Positions 1 through 7,360 of a DNA stretch of 32,000 bases are shown piece after piece; position 1 is the stretch's first letter, and each line of letters begins with the position of its first letter. Source of the stretch: Candidatus Saccharimonadota bacterium (GTDB taxonomy: Bacteria > Pseudomonadota > Gammaproteobacteria > Johnevansiales > Johnevansiaceae); the NCBI RefSeq assembly GCF_000300075.1, contig NC_018677.1, positions 319,659-351,658 on the forward strand, in the 5' to 3' direction. The position numbers and the translations under genes were made by a program. The notes under the pieces were generated by a model, which saw nothing but the letters and a program-made list of their open reading frames with translations, did no database searches and was not told the origin of the DNA.

Positions 1-100
1 ATTGTTGATTGTTGATTGTTGTTTGTTAGTTGAGGGTTGAGGGTTGAGGGTTGTAGGTTGTAGGTTGTAGGTTGTAGGTTGTTAGTTGTTAGTTGTTAGT
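1..100. repeat. Cascade of heptamer tandem repeats
   Basis: (ATTGTTG)x3 at 1-21, (TGAGGGT)x3 at 31-51, (TGTAGGT)x4 at 52-79, (TGTTAGT)x3 at 80-100. No C occurs in these arrays. Confidence 0.95.
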
Positions 101-103
101 TGT

Positions 104-186
104 GGTTTAGGTTTGATGGTTAAAAGGTCTTAACAAATTATCTTGTATAGTGGAAGACGATAGTAGAGGTTTAGGTTTGATGGTTA
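104..186. repeat. 19-bp exact direct repeat pair, 64-bp period
   Basis: GGTTTAGGTTTGATGGTTA occurs at 104-122 and at 168-186. Confidence 0.9.
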
Positions 187-694
187 GTAAAAAAAAAGTT
201 AGTGGGTTAGTTGTTTAGTTAAAAAGAGGTTGGTGTTTTGTGGTTGTAAAATATAAAATAGTTAATTATTAGTTGTTAGATAGAAGAAAGGTTGTGTAGT
301 AGTATGTGTTGTTGTAAAAAAGTGAAAAACATGTAAAAGAAGAAAACAATAGAAAAAAGTATATAAGAAAATACTTAAAAGATGAAAAAAAAGAACGGTA
401 ATAAATCAGAAAAGAATATATGTATAACATATAAAAAAAGAAAAATAGAACATAGATTAGAACATGGTATATAGGAGATGGCATAAGAATAAACAGATTA
501 CAGAAACAGAAAGGAATAAAAATGTAAACGTAAACAGGAATCATGAATAGTTAGTTAATAGGAAGATATGGGTATGTTATTACTGAATTAAAAATAAAGA
601 ACATTTAAAGAAACATATAAAAATAAATAAGTAAAAATAAACATACACCATAAAACAAAAAAAAACAAACAAAACAGAAAAAAGATAATAAAAT

Positions 695-3244
695 ATGAAG
701 ACAAAAATAAAAAAAAACATATATAATGCAACCCCAGCAATAACACAATACCTTAGGATAAAAAACCATTATCACAAAATTTTGTTAATGTATCGTATGG
801 GTGATTTTTATGAATTTCTTTTTGAAGATGCGCACACAGCCTCTGCTTTATTAAATATTCAATTAACTAGCAAAGGAAAATATAATAATAAACGTATTCC
901 TATGGCAGGAATACCTTGTCATAGTTTAAGAACATATTTAAAACGTATTATCACAGCAGGAATATCGGTTGCTATTTGTGAACAAATAAAAACAAAAAAA
1001 ACAAAGAAAAGTAAATTGCTTGAACGAAAAGTAATTCGAGTAATTACACCAGGCACTTTATATGAAGACAGTTTATTAGATGAAAGTAAAGATAATTTGA
1101 TTATATCAATAATTCAAAAAAATAATAAATGGGGTATTTCTTGGCTAGAATTCACAACAGGTGCTTTTGGTGTTTTGGAAGTTGATAATATACACGATTT
1201 ACGTTTGGAATTAGATCGATTAAACCCTGTTGAGCTCTTAATTTCTAGATTACATAAAAAATTACCTAAACTTCCCGTACACAAATCAATAATTAAACCT
1301 ATAAGTGATATTAATTTCGATTATAACAATGCTTGTAAAGTTTTGTTTAAAAAACTAAATATAAAAAATATAAATAAAAAACTTAATGCTGGTGTTTCTG
1401 CAGCTGGTGCTATAATACAATATATAAATAATAATAAAATTTATAATTTAGCACATATTAACCATTTAATTTTTGAAAATAAAAAAGATAAGTTAAAAAT
1501 AGATCGTATTACTAAAAAACATTTAGAACTTGATGTAAATGTTAATGGCAAACAAGAAAATACTTTGTTTAGTGTTTTAAATAATACAATGACACATATG
1601 GGGAGTCGTTTATTAAAAAAATGGATTAATAACCCTATTACTAATTATGATTTAGTTTTTTCTAGACAAAAAGGCGTTGAGATTGTTTTAACAAATAATT
1701 TCATAGATATTTTACAAAAATATATAAAAAAAATTGGAGATATAGAACGTATTGTTACGAGAATATCTTTAAAAACAGCAAAGCCCTTAGATTTAATCAA
1801 ATTTAAAATTGCTTTAAACGTTTTTCCTAAACTTAAAACTTTGTTAAAGGGACTATTAATAGTAAATAAAAACAGCAAGTCTATACTAAATTATATTCAT
1901 AAAGAGATTTTTACTTTTCCCAATATTGCTTTACTTTTAGATGAAGCATTAGTCGATAATCCTCCTAACTCCTTTAGATATGGATATGTAATAAAGTCAC
2001 ATTTTAATAAAAACTTAGATAAGTTGCGTAAAATCTATACTAATTCAGAAAAGTTTATAAAAACGTTTGAAAACAAAGAAAAATTACGTACCGGAATAAT
2101 AAAATTAAAAGTTACTTATAATAAGCTTCATGGTTTGTTTATAGAAATACCTAAAGGTCGTAAACATAAATACAAAATTCCTAAAAATTATATAAGAACA
2201 AAAACATTAAAAAATTCAGAAAGATTTTATACTAGTGAATTAAAGTACTTTGAAAAACGTTTAATAGAATCAAAAGAAAAGTCAATAAAATATGAAAAAA
2301 GTATTTTTAAAAAATTAATAAAGGTTCTTGTAGGTAATATACCTTATTTTATAAAAACATCAAAATCACTAGCCACGTTGGATGTTATTACTACTTTTGC
2401 TGAAAGAGCTTTAACACTGAATTATTGCAAACCAATAATAAATAAAAACAAAATAGGCATAAAAATCATGGAGGGTAGACATCCTGTAATTGAATCTACA
2501 ACTAACCATCACTTTGTACCTAATAATTTATTTTTAAATCATAATAAAAGTATACACATTATTACAGGACCGAACATGGGTGGAAAGTCTACTTTTATCA
2601 GACAAATTGCCATTATTGTTTTATTAACATATATTGGAAGTTATGTACCTGCTAAATATGCTGAAATCGGTCCTATTGATCAAATTTTTACCAGAATAGG
2701 TGGTTATGATGATTTAAGTGCAGGAAAATCAACTTTTATGATTGAAATGCATGAAACTGCTAAAATATTAAACACCGCAACTTTTAAAAGTTTAGTACTA
2801 ATGGATGAAATAGGAAGAGGAACTAATCCTACAGAGGGTTTATGTCTCGCTTGGGCATGTTTAGAAAGAATAATACAAATTAAAGCTTTAACGTTGTTTT
2901 CTACTCATTATTTTAGTTTAACTCAAATAGCAAAAAAATTTAAACAAATAACAAACTTACACTTTAGTGCTTCCATCAAATCTAATAAAGTTAGTTATAT
3001 TTACAATATACAAAAAGGTGCTACAAACAATAGTTACAGTTCGTCGGTTGCTAGTTTGGCTAATATAGCACAAGGCGTTATAAATAAATCCAACAATCTT
3101 ATAAAGCACTTTCAAGATCATCAAAAAAGCCTAAATAAAAGACATACGTTAATGAAATATATAAAATCTTTTAAATATAAAGACTTAACACGTTATCTAA
3201 AATTTATAAAAAGTTTTTTCAAAAACCTAAAAGATATGTTTTAA
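695..3244 (+). CDS. mutS: DNA mismatch repair protein MutS
   Basis: 849 aa, similar in length to E. coli MutS. N-terminal mismatch-binding motif TPAITQYLRIK...MYRMGDFYEFLFEDA contains the Phe-x-Glu. Walker A GPNMGGKST, Walker B LVLMDEIGRGT and the STHYF motif are present. The C-terminus is diverged. Confidence 0.95.
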   Translation: MKTKIKKNIYNATPAITQYLRIKNHYHKILLMYRMGDFYEFLFEDAHTASALLNIQLTSKGKYNNKRIPMAGIPCHSLRTYLKRIITAGISVAICEQIKTKKTKKSKLLERKVIRVITPGTLYEDSLLDESKDNLIISIIQKNNKWGISWLEFTTGAFGVLEVDNIHDLRLELDRLNPVELLISRLHKKLPKLPVHKSIIKPISDINFDYNNACKVLFKKLNIKNINKKLNAGVSAAGAIIQYINNNKIYNLAHINHLIFENKKDKLKIDRITKKHLELDVNVNGKQENTLFSVLNNTMTHMGSRLLKKWINNPITNYDLVFSRQKGVEIVLTNNFIDILQKYIKKIGDIERIVTRISLKTAKPLDLIKFKIALNVFPKLKTLLKGLLIVNKNSKSILNYIHKEIFTFPNIALLLDEALVDNPPNSFRYGYVIKSHFNKNLDKLRKIYTNSEKFIKTFENKEKLRTGIIKLKVTYNKLHGLFIEIPKGRKHKYKIPKNYIRTKTLKNSERFYTSELKYFEKRLIESKEKSIKYEKSIFKKLIKVLVGNIPYFIKTSKSLATLDVITTFAERALTLNYCKPIINKNKIGIKIMEGRHPVIESTTNHHFVPNNLFLNHNKSIHIITGPNMGGKSTFIRQIAIIVLLTYIGSYVPAKYAEIGPIDQIFTRIGGYDDLSAGKSTFMIEMHETAKILNTATFKSLVLMDEIGRGTNPTEGLCLAWACLERIIQIKALTLFSTHYFSLTQIAKKFKQITNLHFSASIKSNKVSYIYNIQKGATNNSYSSSVASLANIAQGVINKSNNLIKHFQDHQKSLNKRHTLMKYIKSFKYKDLTRYLKFIKSFFKNLKDMF

Positions 3245-3636
3245 CAACTTTGTCTTATAAACTTTCCTTATTTTACAAATAACTCTTTACCACAACTAAC
3301 CACTATAGAATTTACAGTTACTATTTTTTTACAATTCTATCATCAATTTCTTAAACAACAACCTTCTTTTATAAAAACATCTACTTCAATATTCTTTTAT
3401 ATGTCATACTTCTATATACCCCATATATATCCTATCATACCAATACTTCTTACACACAGCATTTAAACTTAACAACTAACTTTTTATAAGTATAACAAAT
3501 TACATTAAACATTAATCAACCTTCTAAAGCAATAACCATTTAAATTAATGACAAATAAAAAAATCAATGTTTAAAACATACCATCAACCTTTTTAACTTT
3601 TAATATAAAAGCACAAACCTTTTCCATTTTCCTTTT

Positions 3637-3696
3637 CCCTTTCCCTTTCCCTTTCCCTTTCCCTTTCCCTTTCCCTTCCCCTTCCCCTTAATCCCC
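3637..3696. repeat. (CCCTTT)n homopyrimidine microsatellite
   Basis: Ten C3-C4 runs separated by 2-5 nt of mostly T (the last spacer is TTAAT). About 7 perfect CCCTTT units are followed by CCCTT/CCCCTT variants. The minus strand reads (AAAGGG)n. Confidence 0.95.
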
Positions 3697-3750
3697 TTTC
3701 AACCTTTTTATTTTAACCAAAAACCTTTTACCCTTTATTTTTTTTCCAAC

Positions 3751-3943
3751 CTACAACCTACAACCTACTACCTACTACCTACAACCTACAACCACTAAAC
3801 ACTTACCAACAACCAACAACCAACTACCAACTACCAACTACCAACTACCAACAACCTACAACCTACAACCAACAACCAACTACCAACTACCTACAACCTA
3901 CAACCTACAACCTACAACCACTAAACACTAAACACTAAACACC
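3751..3943. repeat. Heptamer satellite arrays (CCTACAA / CCAACAA / CCAACTA / CACTAAA variants)
   Basis: Six units at 3751-3792. At 3806-3917 the blocks are CCAACAAx2, CCAACTAx4, CCAACAAx1, CCTACAAx2, CCAACAAx1, CCAACTAx2, CCTACAAx4. Then (ACACTAA)x3 at 3918-3943. The region is completely G-free. Confidence 0.95.
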
Positions 3944-4035
3944 ATTCAAACCTTACTACTAACATCAACCCATACTATCAGCAAACAATTACCAACCAAC
4001 ACTTACTTCCAACAACTCCTTACATTTACCCATCT

Positions 4036-4093
4036 TCTTTTTTAACTAACATAATCAAGTTTAATCAAACTCTTTTTTAACTAACATAATCAA
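4036..4093. repeat. 23-bp exact direct repeat pair, 35-bp period
   Basis: TCTTTTTTAACTAACATAATCAA occurs at 4036-4058 and at 4071-4093. Confidence 0.9.
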
Positions 4094-4230
4094 TAACTTA
4101 ATTTTAACTATAAAACTACATATTTTTTTGTTTTGTTTTCTAACAACTATTTACCTAACAAACAACCTCTATCTTTCTACTAATTTAACAAAATCTAATA
4201 ACTTAACAACTAAACCAATAATTTTTAACT

Positions 4231-4279
4231 ACCAGCTACCAGCTACCAGCTACCATCAACCATCAACCATCAACCATCT
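4231..4279. repeat. Heptamer array (ACCAGCT)x3 (ACCATCA)x3 ACCATCT
   Basis: Seven contiguous 7-mers read directly from the sequence. Confidence 0.95.
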
Positions 4280-4407
4280 AATTTAATACTACCAACATCT
4301 AACATTTAATAACTTCTACTTATTTCATATTATATATATATACAACTTCTAACATCTAACATCTAATTTTAGCAACATCTAATAACTATTTACTACAAAA
4401 CTACCAA

Positions 4408-4470
4408 CTATCTTTCATATAACTACTATACTATATACTACTATTATCTTTCATATAACTACTATACTAT
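4408..4470. repeat. 27-bp exact direct repeat pair, 36-bp period
   Basis: TATCTTTCATATAACTACTATACTATA occurs at 4408-4434 and at 4444-4470. Confidence 0.9.
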
Positions 4471-4653
4471 AATGTATCAATATAAATCAGTTTATATCTT
4501 AAATAAAATACAACAAATAATGAAGTAACTAATTCAAATACAAAGTTATAACATATAAATACTATATTTAAAATAATATAACTTGGTGCTTTAAACTAAT
4601 AACTACTGTATTACATATTACAAAACATATAAATACAAAGTACAAACAAATTA

Positions 4654-4827
4654 CTAACAACTAACAACTAACAACTAACCTAACACCTAACACCTAACAC
4701 CTCAAACCTAACAACTCTAACCTAACACCTCAAACCTCAAACCTCAAACCTCAAACCTAACAACTCTAACCTCTAACCTCTAACCTCTAACCTAACACCT
4801 AACACCTAACAACTCTAACCTCTAACT
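4654..4827. repeat. Long composite heptamer satellite (CTAACAA, TAACACC, TCAAACC, TCTAACC variants)
   Basis: About 25 contiguous 7-mers in blocks of 1-4 identical units. The stretch 4641-4827 contains no G. Confidence 0.95.
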
Positions 4828-4836
4828 GATAACAAT

Positions 4837-4868
<32 letters not shown>

Positions 4869-5297
4869 ATAACAACTTTAAAGCAAAACTCAAACATCTA
4901 TTAACTAATAACTAACAACTAACAACTAACAATTTACAAATACAAACTATTAAACAAAAAAGCATCAATTAACTAACAACTTTTAATCTATTTTTTTTAA
5001 TCTAACCTCTAATAACAAACATCAAAAACTTTAACTCAAAAATCAACAATACAAAACAGCAAACATAACCATCAACAATACAAACTCTAAACTTTAAACA
5101 AAAATATAACAAATAACACAAAACTGAAAAATACTAGTAGAAAACAACGAAAAAAGAAAACCTAAAAAGCAATAACAAAACACCTAACTGCAACTACAAA
5201 ACTAAAAAACAGCTAACAAACAACAAACAACACATAATATAAAGAGAGATAAACCCAAATATTAGATATAACAACAAAAATATTTGTAATAATATAC

Positions 5298-5394
5298 GAC
5301 CAGTATTAGCGGTAATAAAGTCAGTACCAGCGGTAATATACGACCAGTATTAGCGGTAATAAAGCTCCATAGACCAGTATTAGCGGTAATAAAG
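5298..5394. repeat. Three copies of a 23-bp direct repeat in a mixed-composition island
   Basis: GACCAGTATTAGCGGTAATAAAG occurs at 5298-5320, 5342-5364 and 5372-5394. Copies 1 and 2 also share the upstream AATATAC. Copies 1 and 3 share the downstream TCAGTA. A partial copy CCAGCGGTAATA lies at 5327-5338. Confidence 0.9.
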
Positions 5395-5821
5395 TCAGTA
5401 ATATATGGAGTTGTTTTTTTGAGCCAATTTAAATGAAGAATCTGTACATAAATAATCAGGTAAGTCAAAAAAAGTAAAAATGTAAGTTTGTCCATAATAG
5501 TATTGGTTGACACATTCTATAAAAATACATTAATAAACCACTTGAAAACGATGTAAATGCAAAATCTCTATCACTTACTGCATCGAAAAATTTTTATAAG
5601 ATCAAAACATAGTAGCTTTTTAATTAAGGCACAAATTCAAGTTGAATATGTAGTTACAGCAGATCATATCCTAAAGGTAATATATTTATTATTTTCCGCC
5701 AATCTAAAAATACGTAAATAAGCTCTAAATAGCTTTTAATTTTAAGCTAATACATGATGGCAAAAAGTAATTGTGTGCTGTGATGATTGTAACTGATTTT
5801 ATCCAGTTAATATAGTATAAG

Positions 5822-5856
5822 AATCACTAATCACTAATAGCTAATAGCTAATAGCT
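5822..5856. repeat. Heptamer array (AATCACT)x2 (AATAGCT)x3
   Basis: Read directly from the sequence. Confidence 0.9.
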
Positions 5857-6264
5857 ATTTTTCTTAAAGCTGGTCTTAACTTTAGTTAGTTAATGCATCT
5901 ATTTTTTTTCTTAAATTAAGATGAATAGCTGTAGAAAACAATCACATATATGCATTTTTTTTTCAAAGCTTTCTATTCTTTATTATTTTGCTAAACCACT
6001 TTATATTCTTTCTTAATACAACTTTCAATTACTTTTTATTCCTTTTTTTATACTTTTACTTTCTTTTCAACAACTAACATTTTTCTTATTGTTGTATTTT
6101 TTATATTTACGTTGATATCATACCAATAAATACGAAAATAAAACTTATAGAATTTAACTACGAAATTATCAGTATAAAAATTAAAACAGCTACGTCTAAT
6201 CAGGTTATTTTAACGTGTTCATTTTAAATTTTGCTATATGCTATTAAGTTTATATTATATATAA

Positions 6265-6337
6265 GCCGGAGTAGCTCATATGGTAGAGCACCGCATTCGT
6301 AATGCGAAGGTAATAGGTTCAATTCCTATCTCCGGTA
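6265..6337 (+). tRNA. thrW: tRNA-Thr (anticodon CGU)
   Basis: 73 nt hand-folded cloverleaf. Acceptor GCCGGAG/CTCCGGT, D arm GCTC..GAGC, anticodon loop TTCGTAA, T arm ATAGG-TTCAATT-CCTAT. The anticodon arm GCATTCGTAATGCGAAGGT closely matches E. coli thrW as I recall it. CCA is not encoded. Confidence 0.85.
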
Positions 6338-6343
6338 AATTAA

Positions 6344-7354
6344 TTATATTACTTTTTCATTTGTCAATTCACATTTAAAATACGCGTAATACATAGGAGC
6401 AGCTATTAAACCTGAAAAACCAAATGCTGCATCAAAAAATAACATAGCAAATAATAATTCCCATGCATTTGAGTTAATACGCAAACCTATGATACGAGCA
6501 TTTAAAAAATATTCTAATTTATGAATAGCTATTAAATAAGTAAGTGCTATAACTGCAGTCCACAAAGATACTGAAAGTGATACAATAAAAATCAATATAT
6601 TCGAAATAAGATTTCCTATTAAAGGTATTAACCCCATTATGAATGTAATTAATATTAACGTTTTTGTTAACGGTATATACACATTTAAACAAGGTGCACA
6701 GATTAATAATAAAATAGAACTTAACAATGTATTAACTAAAGATATTTTTAGTTGTGCAAAAACTACGTTATGAAAAGCGTTACTTAAAGTAATAGATCTT
6801 TGTAATAAAGCATAAGTTAACGGAGTAAGTGATTTAATATCAGGAATATCCTGTAAAGCAATTATTGCTCCTAAAATCATACCTGATAATAATGAAAAAC
6901 AAGTATGAATGGCACATCCAAAAACAAATTGAAGTTCGTTTACATGCTTATATATCAATTCATTTATAATTTGACTTAATTCATCTGCACTTTCTGGTAA
7001 ATAAATGACAACACTATGCGGCAATTGATGTCTAGCTTTATCAAAAATTAACATATATCTTTGAATTAAATTATCAGGTGTTTTTATGTCTTGTAAAATA
7101 AAACTAATAACTGTAAAAAAAAATAAACTTAAAATAGTTACTATACTGGCTCCTAATAAAACTACTGAACTTAATCTGGCTTTATTTACTGGGATTAATG
7201 TTTGTAACAAAGGTGTAATTGCCTTAACTAATTCAAATACAAATAAACCAGATAATAAACAAGGTAAAAGATGCAAAGGAAAGATTAATAACAAACCCAT
7301 AAAATAAATTAATAAACTTATAACGGTAGCTCTTGTCAACATATAATTGTTCAT
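6344..7354 (-). CDS. AI-2E family (PerM/UPF0118-like) inner-membrane permease
   Basis: 336 aa, multi-pass hydrophobic protein. The C-terminal half GLIPLIGNLISN...HKLEYFLNARIIGLRINSNAWELLFAML..FGFSGLIAAP fits the family signature (IPxxG ... P+i.g..l.l.P ... G..G..lA.P). The start lies 6 nt after the thrB stop. Confidence 0.65.
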   Translation of the reverse strand: MNNYMLTRATVISLLIYFMGLLLIFPLHLLPCLLSGLFVFELVKAITPLLQTLIPVNKARLSSVVLLGASIVTILSLFFFTVISFILQDIKTPDNLIQRYMLIFDKARHQLPHSVVIYLPESADELSQIINELIYKHVNELQFVFGCAIHTCFSLLSGMILGAIIALQDIPDIKSLTPLTYALLQRSITLSNAFHNVVFAQLKISLVNTLLSSILLLICAPCLNVYIPLTKTLILITFIMGLIPLIGNLISNILIFIVSLSVSLWTAVIALTYLIAIHKLEYFLNARIIGLRINSNAWELLFAMLFFDAAFGFSGLIAAPMYYAYFKCELTNEKVI

Positions 7355-7360
7355 AAAGAT

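Noticed and set aside
31-51. Telomere-like (TGAGGGT)3, resembling TTAGGG-type repeats
   Set aside because: There are only three units. They are embedded in a continuum of other 7-mer variants in a bacterial gene context. There is no evidence of a linear replicon end.
269-544. 91-aa minus-strand ORF (MIPVYVYIFIPFCF...)
   Set aside because: It is the reverse-complement reading of a purine-rich, low-complexity tract. The product is poly-F/Y/L/I with no recognisable motif and no ribosome-binding site. It is a composition artefact.
1645-1878. Antisense or alternative-frame ORFs inside genes (1645-1878, 7086-7307, 10247-10675, 22515-22751, 23997-24332)
   Set aside because: Each lies wholly within a strongly supported conserved CDS on the opposite strand. 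This is typical shadow-ORF behaviour in AT-rich DNA.
3751-4827. CRISPR array
   Set aside because: Repeat units are 6-7 bp and directly abutting, with no unique spacers. No cas genes are present. These are satellites, not CRISPR.
5262-5513. 83-aa minus-strand ORF with a FITANTG duplication
   Set aside because: It is not called as a gene. The duplication in the peptide is simply the 23-bp DNA repeat. The start would be GTG without an SD, and there is no recognisable family. It is kept only as one possible explanation of the mixed-composition island.
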